Source: Candidatus Moraniibacteriota bacterium (lineage in GTDB: Bacteria > Patescibacteriota > Minisyncoccia > Moranbacterales > UBA1568). Taken from it: a stretch of DNA of 59,529 nucleotides. The stretch spans positions 1-59,529 of the forward strand of contig JBAXOD010000006.1 of the NCBI GenBank assembly GCA_037133435.1. Direction: 5' to 3'. The position numbers were made by a program, and so were the translations under genes. Of this stretch, positions 10,561 through 19,979 are shown in pieces; position 1 is the first letter of the stretch; each line of letters opens with the position of its first letter. The notes beneath the pieces are model-generated. The model did not search any database and had not been told where the DNA came from. It was given only the letters and a program-made list of their open reading frames with translations.

Positions 10561-10960
10561 TGCGTTGGAAGGAGATGGGGGAACGAAAAACAGATAACAG
10601 ATAACATTGAACAGTTAGCAGGGAACGGAGAAGAAGTTAACGAGTTAACGTGTTCACGGGTTAACGGGTTGGGAACAGGAGACGGAGCCAGGAGTGAGGA
10701 GCGAGAAGTGAGAAGTGAGGAGCGAGAAGTGAGAAGTGAGGGGGCAGGGAACCCGCCTACGCTGAGGCTACGGCGCGGCGAAGCAGGGAACGAAGAGCAA
10801 TTTTTGAATTTTGTAATTTTTATAAATAGAGAACGGGAACCTGGATTGCCACGGGCGAGTACGCCCTCGCAAAGACAGACGGGGAACGGGAACCCTCCTA
10901 CGCCAAGGCTACGGCGTGGCACAGCCCGCCTATGCTAGGGCTATGGCGTGGCGAAGCTGT
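10561..10960 (+). repeat. composite spacer (ATAACAG, GTTAACG octamers, GAGTGAG, AATTTT, REP-like units, GATTGCCAC..CTCGCAAAGAC palindrome)
   Basis: six module families stacked, all in + orientation. Confidence 0.9.
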
Positions 10961-11033
10961 GGAACAATGAGCAATGATCCATGAATTACGTGGTTCATAG
11001 AATATATCCCATATAAGCCATAAAGCTGATTTA

Positions 11034-11062
11034 TTGACTTTATAACAGCATTAATATATACT
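11034..11062 (+). promoter_or_regulatory. sigma70-type promoter preceded by the 20-bp palindromic site (11003-11022)
   Basis: TTGACT-17nt-TATACT. Confidence 0.65.
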
Positions 11063-11139
11063 AATATTGCTGTTAAGACATCAAAAATAGTATATATAAA
11101 GACGTAGAGAGTAACTTGTAACTGTATCAACTTGATTCA

Positions 11140-12282
11140 ATGGCATCTATGGAAAAAAAGTACATACATCGGGATATCGAAAAAAACATTGAAGCCTGGT
11201 TATTTAAGGAAAAAATAATCATTCTGTATGGTGCGCGTCAGGTCGGAAAAACGACCTTGGCCAAAAAGCTTCTGCAAAAATATGGAAAGCAGGAGGACTA
11301 CTTCAATTGTGAGGTGGGTTCCATACGGCAAGCCTTGGAAAAGGAGGATCCGGTAGTGCTGAAAAAGATACTGGGCGACGGTCGCCTGATCGTCTTGGAT
11401 GAGGCACAGAAGGTCGCCAATATCGGAGTGATCTTGAAATTACTCGCCGACACATACCCCGAAATGCAGATCATCGCTACCGGGTCTTCTTCTTTTGATT
11501 TGGCAAGCAAAGTGAACGAGCCATTGACCGGGCGGGCCCTGGAATTCACCCTGTTCCCGTTTTCGATGCGGGAATTGAAAGGTATGTACAGGGAACATGA
11601 ATTGATCGGCCAGTTGGAACATGCGCTTGTATACGGACTCTACCCGGAGATAGTGCGAAGCAACGTGTCCGATTCCCTTCAACTGTTGGAAAACCTGAGC
11701 AATAAATATCTGTACCAGGATATACTGATATTCGATAGGATCAAAAAGTCGGATTTGGTCGTAAAGCTGCTTCAGTTGCTGGCGCTGCAGATCGGCAACG
11801 AGGTGTCTATCCACGAATTGGCGATCAATCTGCAGTGTAGTCGCGATACGGTCGTGAATTATCTGGATATCTTGGAGAAGACATTCGTCATTTTCACCCT
11901 TCATGCGTTCAGTCGAAATCAGCGGAAGGAAATCACGAAAAAACGAAAGATATATTTCATCGACCTTGGGATCAGGAACAGTCTTATCAGCCGTTACAAT
12001 GAGCTGTCGGTGCGCGACGATGTCGGCGCGCTGTGGGAGAACTTTTGTATCATAGAACGGCTCAAAAAAATCCAATCCGACAGCCTGTATTGTCAGAAGT
12101 ACTTTTGGCGTACGACCGACCAGAAGGAAGTCGATTATGTGGAAGAGTACGATGACCGTCTGGACGGATATGAATTCAAGTGGGGCAAAGGAAAGACGTC
12201 CGTGCCAAAGGAATTCATGGCGTATAAGAACAGCAGTATCAGCGTGATACACCGTGAAAATTATCAGGATTTCCTGATGTGA
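11140..12282 (+). CDS. AAA_14/DUF4143 ATP-binding protein
   Basis: GARQVGKTT, LDEAQ, TGSSSFDL..EPLTGR, LWENF, EVDYVE..YEFK. Confidence 0.88.
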   Translation: MASMEKKYIHRDIEKNIEAWLFKEKIIILYGARQVGKTTLAKKLLQKYGKQEDYFNCEVGSIRQALEKEDPVVLKKILGDGRLIVLDEAQKVANIGVILKLLADTYPEMQIIATGSSSFDLASKVNEPLTGRALEFTLFPFSMRELKGMYREHELIGQLEHALVYGLYPEIVRSNVSDSLQLLENLSNKYLYQDILIFDRIKKSDLVVKLLQLLALQIGNEVSIHELAINLQCSRDTVVNYLDILEKTFVIFTLHAFSRNQRKEITKKRKIYFIDLGIRNSLISRYNELSVRDDVGALWENFCIIERLKKIQSDSLYCQKYFWRTTDQKEVDYVEEYDDRLDGYEFKWGKGKTSVPKEFMAYKNSSISVIHRENYQDFLM

Positions 12283-12533
12283 TGCGTTGGAAGGAGATGG
12301 GGGAGAGGAGGAGAACAATTTTTAATTTTTGAATTTTGTAATTTTATTCCGCTACGTCTCCGCCAAGCGGAGTGAGCGGACCCGCTCACAGGGATGAGCG
12401 GGAAAATGGGAACAGCGAATAAGTTGAAAGTTTAGAGGAACTGACAACTAACCACTGACAACGGGAACCCGCCTATGCTACGGCTACGGCGGGGCGAAGC
12501 CCGCCTACGCTTGAGGCTACGGCGTGGCGAAGC
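12283..12533 (+). repeat. composite spacer
   Basis: 12316-12418 matches blocks at 7200 and 9045; two REP-like units at 12469 and 12501. Confidence 0.9.
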
Positions 12534-12565
12534 AAGACTGATGTAAGAATGGAATTTTTGGTTGG

Positions 12566-12592
12566 AAAACCCGCCCTTCGCGAGGGGCGGGT
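12566..12592 (-). terminator. intrinsic terminator
   Basis: minus strand ACCCGCCC..GGGCGGGT hairpin followed by short T run, downstream of ORF 12615-12941. Confidence 0.55.
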
Positions 12593-12614
12593 CGGTGGCG
12601 ACACGATGTGATTG

Positions 12615-12941
12615 CTATACGGCGGGGGCTTCTTCCAGTCGTTCGACGCGATATTCGAGGGTATTGTATTCGATCTTGTCGACTTTCTTGGTGAGATTCG
12701 CTTCAATATTGCCAACAGTATCCTTGAGTTCAACTACATCGGTTTTCAGTATGGCTACATCGGTTTTGATTTCGGCTACGTCGGTTTTGAGTTCAGCCAC
12801 GTCGGTTTTCAGTATGGCTACATCAGTTTTGAGCTCAGCTACGTCGGCGCCAAGAACGCTGAACTGTTCATCCATCTTTAAAAAGCCGTTCTGGACGATT
12901 CGGGCAAGATCATCGATAGTCATCGCATCTTTCTCTTCCAT
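12615..12941 (-). CDS. small coiled-coil protein with 21-nt (DVAxLKT) heptad repeats
   Basis: about six DVAELKT/DVAILKT units, ends RVERLE. Confidence 0.75.
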   Translation of the reverse strand: MEEKDAMTIDDLARIVQNGFLKMDEQFSVLGADVAELKTDVAILKTDVAELKTDVAEIKTDVAILKTDVVELKDTVGNIEANLTKKVDKIEYNTLEYRVERLEEAPAV

Positions 12942-13053
12942 AGCAGTATTTCGATTCCAAAATCTTTCTGTCGTATAGTATAAGCGCAGCCCGAAGACGC
13001 GTCAAATTCGTTTTTTTCGAAGCATTATATCCATAATTACGCCTTTGCCAGAG

Positions 13054-14040
13054 CTAGTCGGGGAAGCCGTCGGGGTGGGAGCGATGCCAGTTCCAGGAAG
13101 TGGAAATAATTTGTTCGATTTCGGGGAATTTCGGTTCCCAGCCGAGGACGTCCTTGGCTTTTTGTGAACTGGCGAACAGGAGTGCCGGATCGCCTTCGCG
13201 GCGCGGCTCTTCGATGACTGGGAAATCCGTTCCCGTGACGCGCTTCGCGGTCGCTATCACCTCGCGGACCGAGACGCCGGTCCCGTTGCCGAGATTGAAG
13301 ACGTCGGAAACACCGTTTTTCTCAAGGAAGTCGAGGGCGAGGACGTGCGCGGCTGCCAGATCGGAGACGTGGATATAGTCGCGGACACCGGTCCCGTCCG
13401 GAGTCTTGTAGTCGGTCCCGAAGATCTTGATGTCGTCTCGTTTGCCGAGCGCGGCGAGGAGGACGAGCGTGATGAGATGCGTCTTGTGTTTGTGGTCGGC
13501 ACCGATCTCACCGGACGGATCGGCTCCGGCGGCATTGAAGTAGCGAAGCCGTACGGAGCGAAGTCCATACGCGTGGTCGTACGCCTCGAGCACTTGCTCG
13601 AACATGAGTTTGGAAAGCCCATAGACGTTGGTCGGAACCGTCGGATCGTGTTCCTCGATCGGCATCTTGTGCGGTTCGCCGTAGACGGCCGCGGTCGAGG
13701 AGAAAACGATCTTCTTCACGTCGTGAGCCAGCATGGCTTCGAGAAGATTCAATCCACAGACGAAATTGTTGTCGAAGAAACGCTTCGGGTCGGTCATGGA
13801 TTCTCCCGCCTCGATGCTGCCCGCGAAGTGCACGACCGCATCGAACCGGTTTTCGGAAAAGACGCGTTCCAGGTCCTCTTTGTTTTCAAGGTCGCCCAAA
13901 AAGAGCTCGAAATCCGAGACGGCTGACCGATGTCCGGAAGAGAGGTTGTCGAAGATGACGATGCGATGCCCGGCATTTTTAAGTGTGCGGACGGTGTGTG
14001 AGCCGATGTATCCGGCCCCACCGGTGACAAGTATGTTCAT
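13054..14040 (-). CDS. galE: UDP-glucose 4-epimerase
   Basis: ILVTGGAGYIGSH, FSSTAAVYG, YGLSK, LRYFNAAGA, RDYIHV. Confidence 0.95.
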   Translation of the reverse strand: MNILVTGGAGYIGSHTVRTLKNAGHRIVIFDNLSSGHRSAVSDFELFLGDLENKEDLERVFSENRFDAVVHFAGSIEAGESMTDPKRFFDNNFVCGLNLLEAMLAHDVKKIVFSSTAAVYGEPHKMPIEEHDPTVPTNVYGLSKLMFEQVLEAYDHAYGLRSVRLRYFNAAGADPSGEIGADHKHKTHLITLVLLAALGKRDDIKIFGTDYKTPDGTGVRDYIHVSDLAAAHVLALDFLEKNGVSDVFNLGNGTGVSVREVIATAKRVTGTDFPVIEEPRREGDPALLFASSQKAKDVLGWEPKFPEIEQIISTSWNWHRSHPDGFPD

Positions 14041-14043
14041 AGA

Positions 14044-16014
14044 CTAGTAATAGAGGCTGATAACGAGGTCCCAGATACCCTGGAGTGTGACAATGGCCAT
14101 GATACCGAAGATGACGATATGGTACAAATTCCGGTATTTGACCGGTATGCCGAATCGCGAGGCGCCGAAGACGAAGAGGAAAGGAAATACGAGCGGAAGC
14201 AGATACCGGGTTTGGACGCCGTTTATGTATTTGAGTCCGACCGGGGTGAACGAGATATAAAGCGCGGTCGCGATGAGTGCGACGGTGGCAAGGAAGACAG
14301 TGAGGGTTAGGAATCGTGTGAGCGCGGTCGTCCTCTTGTCGTACGCGTTTCGGTCGGTGAGGGTGACGATCGCGATGAGGGCGAGCAGGATCTGAAATCC
14401 TTTCGTGCCGTCGAGATAGGCGAAGGATACTATCGTCCCTCCGGTATTCATCGGGTTGAGATACCCTTTGAGGAAAGAAAGCAGGATACCGGCATAGGCG
14501 ACCGGATCGGAGAGGATGAAGCGTACCTGCCCCATGGCATTCACGCCCGATCCGCCCCGCGTGTCATTGAACCGTTTTTCCTGGCCCAAAAACGGTACGG
14601 CGAAACTGGCGACGACGAAGAGGATCGCGACGAAAAGTGCGATGATGAAATTCCGATAGTGCCGTTTCGATGCGAATACGGATGACGGGAGGAGGAAGAG
14701 TAGGAAGAAAACCGGGAAATAGATGGCCTTCGCCGCGCACCCGATGACGAGGGACCCGATCATGATGATCATTTCCTGTCGGGTCAGCTTTTTTTCCGGC
14801 TCCTGCATGGTACTGAAAAAATACGCGAGTCCGAGCGCGGTGAAACCGGTGACCCACGGGTCGTAGCTGTAGTTCCCCGCGAGGAATATCGACGTGGGGA
14901 AGAGCGCGATCACGGCAAGGATCATCTTGCCGGTCTTCAGTCTCCGTATGGCGAAGAAGATGAGGGCCGTGAAGACGAGGAGATTCACCCACTGACCCAG
15001 GACGAAAACGACATGCGGCGGCACGTGGAGCGCCCTGCCGGCAAACAGCGTCAACCCCGATGGCAGATAGCAGATCTGCAGATAGGCATCGAATATCGCG
15101 GTCGGTTTGACGGGATCGCTTTTGGACGATTTTTTCGTCTTCGCGGCGGTCTTGTAGTCGTGGTCGAAATGGTCGTCGATTACCCGCTGCTCGTCGAGCG
15201 AGAGACTGTACGGAAAGTAGTTCGTATTCGCGTAGATGTCCTTGATTTTCTTGGGAAGGATTTCCTTGAGGGACACGTTGTCCGCCCTCGTGTAATGGAT
15301 ATGCTCGTCCCACGAGGTGTATGCGCGCGGCTCGGAAACGGAGGATAGTGTGCCGCACGAGAGCGCGATGACGAGAAACGCGTATTCGGGATGGGCACCG
15401 ATACGCTTGCGGAACGCGAAGAGGAACGCGACGAGAAAAAGCGCCGTGAAGACGAACAGGAAACGGTACGGGTTGAAACGAAACGTATTGTCGATCCGGA
15501 TTTCGGAGATGACCGTGCCGGGGTCCTTGGCCGTGACGGTGACACTCTCCGGCTCGGTGCGGACGGGGAACGAAATGGAATGGAGGAAATCGTACCCGCC
15601 CTTGGTCATGTATTTCGCCAGGTCTTTCGTGCCGATCACTTGTTTGTCGGACGAATCGGCGGCACGGTATGAGATGCTCACGAAGTAGTTCGGGGTTCCG
15701 CCAAGGCCGACGACGAGGTTCTCCACATGCCGCGCATCTTTCGAGATCGTCAGGGTCGCGTTTTCGGTCTGGGAGACGAGATCGCCATTTTCATCTTTCG
15801 TGAATCCGTCGGTGACGACGTTTTCGATCGGGACGGTCCGGATTCCCTGGTCGGCCAAGGGGAGTGAGCGGAGCGTATGTCCGAAGGCAAAGTATTCGAT
15901 GCCGGCCGCGATGGCACCGATCGCGATAAGACACGACAGGGCTTTGAGAATATCGGCCTTGTGAGAGACGAGTTTCTCGCGGGTCTTGTCGAAGATATTC
16001 CTGATGATATTCAT
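14044..16014 (-). CDS. DUF2142 multi-pass membrane protein (GT-C-type glycosyltransferase)
   Basis: WDE.IH, SYD, KAIY, I.GVQTRYLLP motifs; many TM segments. Confidence 0.75.
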   Translation of the reverse strand: MNIIRNIFDKTREKLVSHKADILKALSCLIAIGAIAAGIEYFAFGHTLRSLPLADQGIRTVPIENVVTDGFTKDENGDLVSQTENATLTISKDARHVENLVVGLGGTPNYFVSISYRAADSSDKQVIGTKDLAKYMTKGGYDFLHSISFPVRTEPESVTVTAKDPGTVISEIRIDNTFRFNPYRFLFVFTALFLVAFLFAFRKRIGAHPEYAFLVIALSCGTLSSVSEPRAYTSWDEHIHYTRADNVSLKEILPKKIKDIYANTNYFPYSLSLDEQRVIDDHFDHDYKTAAKTKKSSKSDPVKPTAIFDAYLQICYLPSGLTLFAGRALHVPPHVVFVLGQWVNLLVFTALIFFAIRRLKTGKMILAVIALFPTSIFLAGNYSYDPWVTGFTALGLAYFFSTMQEPEKKLTRQEMIIMIGSLVIGCAAKAIYFPVFFLLFLLPSSVFASKRHYRNFIIALFVAILFVVASFAVPFLGQEKRFNDTRGGSGVNAMGQVRFILSDPVAYAGILLSFLKGYLNPMNTGGTIVSFAYLDGTKGFQILLALIAIVTLTDRNAYDKRTTALTRFLTLTVFLATVALIATALYISFTPVGLKYINGVQTRYLLPLVFPFLFVFGASRFGIPVKYRNLYHIVIFGIMAIVTLQGIWDLVISLYY

Positions 16015-16026
16015 ACGGTTCCCGAC

Positions 16027-16401
16027 TTATCTGCTGATGAGGAAGATGCCGATCATGATGACGAAGGCGCCGATGCCCTGTGTCAGGCTGATCCGTTCAT
16101 CCAGGAAATAATAGTTGGCGAGCGCCACGAAGATGAGGGAGACCGAGGTGATGAAGGTGGTGACAGTCGTAGAGCTTCCCGCCAGTTCCGGGATCCGGTA
16201 GATCGCGCCGTTGATCATCATGAAAAGGAGCCGGGAGAAGAACGCGAAGAACGCTCCGAGGAGGAATTGCCATCCGAAGAGGATGCGGACGATCGAGGCG
16301 AAGTCCATCGATCCGCCGATGATGGACCGGCTCCCGAGGCAGAGGATCGAGATGACCGTCGTGATCGAGAAGAGGACGGTGAGGATGATGACGTTGAGCA
16401 T
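16027..16401 (-). CDS. small 4-TM DMT/EamA-like membrane protein (candidate lipid-P-sugar flippase)
   Basis: hydrophobic; C-terminal FLDERISLTQGIG..I..GI pattern; operon context. Confidence 0.6.
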   Translation of the reverse strand: MLNVIILTVLFSITTVISILCLGSRSIIGGSMDFASIVRILFGWQFLLGAFFAFFSRLLFMMINGAIYRIPELAGSSTTVTTFITSVSLIFVALANYYFLDERISLTQGIGAFVIMIGIFLISR

Positions 16402-16413
16402 GGCGTTGGTATA

Positions 16414-17556
16414 TTATTTTTCCTCTTTCGGTAGGGTGGACGTTTCCACGAGGTCCGAATAAAGGGCCAAAAGGCGTACGGAGGTATCATCCCACGAGAA
16501 TCGTTTTTCCGGAAGTTCCGGAAAGGGTTTTCGGGCCGACTCGAGGATCGTTGCCACGAGATCGTCGGCATCGCCCTTCCTGAAAAAACGGACCTTGCCG
16601 CCGAGCACTTCGGGAAGGGATCCCGCGTCGCTCGCGATGACGGGCGTGCCGAGCGCAGCGGTTTCGGCGGCGCTGAACCCGAACCCTTCCGTGAGCGAGG
16701 GAACGATGACCGCGAAAGCCGCCTTGCGTATACCGGGAAGCGCGTCGTAGGGGACGGAATCGATAATCCTGATCCGATCGGTGAGTCCGGATGCCCGTAC
16801 CGACTGCTCGAACCGTTCCCGTTCGGTCCGGGGGTTCTTGCTGAGAATGAATCCGAATACGAAAGAGGGATCGAGCGACGCGTCGACTTTTCGTATGGCT
16901 TGCAGGAGAACCGGCAGGCCTTTCGGCTTCCCGGGTCGGCCGGTGTAGAGGAATATCTTGTCGTGCGGATCGGTCTTGAAAAAAGACGCGATGTCGGCAG
17001 GCCGGACGTCTTTGTTCCAGAGCGTCTCGTCGATGCCGAGATGGATCATGCGGATCCGATCGGGGTCGATGCCGTATGCGAGGAGATCGCGCGTGGTCGC
17101 ATCCGAGATCGTATGCCATGCGGAATATCGTTTCGTGACGACGAACCATTCGAACGCCAAAAACGCGAGCGCCTTCAGCGGATTCGGCTCGACGACGAAC
17201 CATTTTTTCCCGATGGCCTCGTGCACGGAAATGACGCAGGGTTTGCGGGACGAACGGGCAAGGGCGATCGCGGTCGGGGCCGCGGTATACGTCGTCGTAT
17301 GGACGATGTCCGCCCACATGACATGCTCTTCCACCGATGCCTTGGGCAGGACGGGATGACCGAAGATGTTCGGACTCCGATAATAGAAGGCGTGCATTCC
17401 GGAATATTCCCGCGTTCCGACGATGCCTCCGGAATCGCTCGTGACGATACGGACCTCGTGTCCCGAAGCGACGAGTCTTTTGCCGAGTTCGAAAAACAGC
17501 ACCTCGACACCGCCGATGTGCGGATAGAAATGTTCGAGTACGAAGCAGATCTTCAT
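16414..17556 (-). CDS. GT4 glycosyltransferase
   Basis: FYPHIGGVE, KG, PSLTEGFGFSAAE, SDAGSLPEV. Confidence 0.9.
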   Translation of the reverse strand: MKICFVLEHFYPHIGGVEVLFFELGKRLVASGHEVRIVTSDSGGIVGTREYSGMHAFYYRSPNIFGHPVLPKASVEEHVMWADIVHTTTYTAAPTAIALARSSRKPCVISVHEAIGKKWFVVEPNPLKALAFLAFEWFVVTKRYSAWHTISDATTRDLLAYGIDPDRIRMIHLGIDETLWNKDVRPADIASFFKTDPHDKIFLYTGRPGKPKGLPVLLQAIRKVDASLDPSFVFGFILSKNPRTERERFEQSVRASGLTDRIRIIDSVPYDALPGIRKAAFAVIVPSLTEGFGFSAAETAALGTPVIASDAGSLPEVLGGKVRFFRKGDADDLVATILESARKPFPELPEKRFSWDDTSVRLLALYSDLVETSTLPKEEK

Positions 17557-17885
17557 AGTCGGTCGTGTTCCCGGAGCTTCTTCGACACCTCGACGGTGAG
17601 GTCGGTGATGTCCCGGTCAAGCTTGTCGATCTTCACGTAGAGACGGAACATCGCGTAAAAAAGGAGAATGATGGAGAGAAAAAACGCGGCATCCGCACCG
17701 CGGCCGATGCCGAAGGAAGTCGCGGCGATGTCCGAGATGTTCGGATTGAAAATAAGGATGGTGACGATCGTCCACAAGAACGTCCAGAAAAGGAATTCGC
17801 GGATGCCGATGGACTTGTCCCTGAAACGCAGGACCGCCCGGGAGAACGCGAAGACGATGAAGGCGATGAGAATGATTTTCAGCAT
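17553..17885 (-). CDS. DUF2304 membrane protein
   Basis: IA..FGIGRGAD motif, 3 TM plus C-terminal helix; ATG at 17885. Confidence 0.8.
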   Translation of the reverse strand: MLKIILIAFIVFAFSRAVLRFRDKSIGIREFLFWTFLWTIVTILIFNPNISDIAATSFGIGRGADAAFFLSIILLFYAMFRLYVKIDKLDRDITDLTVEVSKKLREHDRL

Positions 17886-17886
17886 A

Positions 17887-18588
17887 TCAGTCGATGAGTT
17901 TCTTGACGATGACCTTGGCACCGATCTTGATGAACGCGCTTGAACACTGTCCCTTGCCGAGGGAATAGTCGGAATACTCGATATGGACGGGGACCTCGAC
18001 GTAGCGCAGCTGCTTTCGCGAGAGACAGTCGATTATTTCCGAGGCGTGTTCCATGCCGCGCTGGGTGATGCCGATCTCACGGATGGCCTTTTTTCCGAGT
18101 GCCCGGAAGCCGTTGTGCGTGTCGGTGAGCCGTACGCCGGAGACGATATTCGTGAAGAGGATGCCGGCCTTGAGGACGAGTGTCCGTATGAGGGGGATTT
18201 CGGTACCGTTTTTTTCCAGGAATCGTGAACCGAGTACGACATCCGCCCGGTCCTCGACGATCGGGAGCATGAGGGCCGCGATGTCCTCGGAGCGATGCTG
18301 TCCGTCCGCGTCGAACGTGACGATGATATCGGGGTCCTCGGTTTCGCGGAGGTATTCGATACCGGTCCGGAGTGCCGCTCCTTGGCCCCGGTTGATGACA
18401 AGCGAAAGGACTTCCGCACCGGCTTTGCGGGCTTTGTCGGCGGTAGTGTCGGCACTGCCGTCGTCGACGACAAGGATATTCTTGTAGCCTGCGGCCCGGA
18501 CTTGTGCGATGACGCCCGCGATGACCGCACCCTCGTTGTAGGCGGGGATGACGATCCAGACGTTTCGATTGTGCGAATCGGTGTTCAT
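17887..18588 (-). CDS. GT2 polyprenyl-phosphate glycosyltransferase (DPM1-like)
   Basis: IPAYNE, VDDGS.D, NRGQGAAL, TFDADGQH, GSRF, TDTHNGFRA. Confidence 0.9.
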   Translation of the reverse strand: MNTDSHNRNVWIVIPAYNEGAVIAGVIAQVRAAGYKNILVVDDGSADTTADKARKAGAEVLSLVINRGQGAALRTGIEYLRETEDPDIIVTFDADGQHRSEDIAALMLPIVEDRADVVLGSRFLEKNGTEIPLIRTLVLKAGILFTNIVSGVRLTDTHNGFRALGKKAIREIGITQRGMEHASEIIDCLSRKQLRYVEVPVHIEYSDYSLGKGQCSSAFIKIGAKVIVKKLID

Positions 18589-18649
18589 GGCAGGTACGTG
18601 CGGTTTTATGCCTTCAGGATAGCATTTATCGGGGGAGGAAGTCTATGGG

Positions 18650-18760
18650 ACTGACAACTTACAACTTATAACTAACCACTGACAACTTACAACTGATAAC
18701 AGGGTACTAAGAACAATTTTGTCCGCCAGCTGGCGGATTGAATTTTGTAATTTTATAAAT
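18650..18760 (+). repeat. heptamer arrays with inserted 16-bp palindrome
   Basis: (AACTKAC)n 18650-18700; AATTTT array split by TCCGCCAGCTGGCGGA. Confidence 0.85.
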
Positions 18761-18940
18761 AAGAGAATCAATAATGAGCATTTTCCAATTTTTCACCGAG
18801 TGGGCGATTACCCCTTGGCTGAGAATTCACGATTTTCGTTATTCGCGACTTGGAGTGTTTTTCGCTTGACTTTGTTGGGTTATGGCGGTAGTATCGCGTA
18901 TCGTTCTTTTTTAATAATTCTAAAATCACGGAGGACACGA

Positions 18941-19306
18941 ATGTACAGGAAACAAGGTTTGACGGATGGTGCGGCTGTAACGATAACCCTGGAACACCGA
19001 CCGGGAACCGAACGGGTCGTCGTAATGACCGAAGGCGATGCGAGTGTCGGATTCGCTCATTGGGTGGTCGAAGAGGTGAACGAGTTTTTCAAACGTCACG
19101 GAATGAAGAAATTTTCCATCTACGACATGCGTGTCAATTCGGTGGAAAACGGGGCGGCGATGGTTTTCGAGATTACCGTATTGAACGGTGATCTTCCAAA
19201 AAAGCCGGAAGATCCCGCTCACGATGATCCCTTCTGGAATGAATTTCATGATACGACGGTTGAGATGGAAACCGTCTATCGGAAAAATTGCTATGGTTCC
19301 GAATAG
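18941..19306 (+). CDS. hypothetical protein
   Basis: GGAGG SD before ATG 18941; globular-looking 121 aa. Confidence 0.6.
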   Translation: MYRKQGLTDGAAVTITLEHRPGTERVVVMTEGDASVGFAHWVVEEVNEFFKRHGMKKFSIYDMRVNSVENGAAMVFEITVLNGDLPKKPEDPAHDDPFWNEFHDTTVEMETVYRKNCYGSE

Positions 19307-19574
19307 TGTTTCGGATGTTGAAAATTTTTTTTATCGCTAATGCGTTCTGATTCTTTCTGTGTTTAGATATCGTATGATTCGGACTTGGAATGGTATGACA
19401 GGGAGAGTGGAAAACTCCCTGTTTTTTATGGAAAAAAGAGAAAAGCCATGAAACGGTCATCTCGTGACGAGGGCGTTTCAGAGCACGAATATCTTTGGAT
19501 TGGAAAAAAAATCAACCACGGAGTACGATGCATCGGTTGTTCCGATGACGCACTGCGTGGTTGAGAATAGCTGA

Positions 19575-19979
19575 CTATTTTTTCTTGCTTCTTTTATTGA
19601 GCAAGATGGAATAGTGACTCGGTACGAATTCCCCCGATTCATTCAATAATGGAATGAACAGGGTGAAGTTTCGATACTGGTTCTTTTCGTCATTTCTGAC
19701 GATTTCTCCGGCGAGTCGGTACTTCGGGAATCTCGCCCTCACTTCTTTGCGGAGTTGCCGTACGGCCATGGAATCGGCCGTGGTCGGGCTGACGTCCGTC
19801 GGCACGTCGATCTCGGCCTGTACTGCAGCTGCTTGCGCATCGAGCCTTACCAACTTTCCGAATATGGCCGGATGGGGGAGGGCGTCGATCTGATCCTTGC
19901 CGCGGGCACTTACGGTGAAAATCGCGGAGATGACAATGATCATGATAAGTCCTAGGTAAAACTTCGCTGTGTATTTCAT
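19575..19979 (-). CDS. hypothetical secreted/membrane-anchored protein
   Basis: N-terminal hydrophobic signal, 134 aa. Confidence 0.65.
   Translation of the reverse strand: MKYTAKFYLGLIMIIVISAIFTVSARGKDQIDALPHPAIFGKLVRLDAQAAAVQAEIDVPTDVSPTTADSMAVRQLRKEVRARFPKYRLAGEIVRNDEKNQYRNFTLFIPLLNESGEFVPSHYSILLNKRSKKK

Noticed and set aside
7317-10938. ORFs such as 21-212, 7317-7526, 10542-10922, 10669-10938, 21918-22208 and 50396-50599
   Set aside because: Translations of the repeat modules (PPTPRLRRG, WLVVSC, SEEREVR).
361-12533. Classical integron
   Set aside because: No integrase, no attC-type RYYYAAC..GTTRRRY bounded stems recognised, and the genes carry their own promoters.
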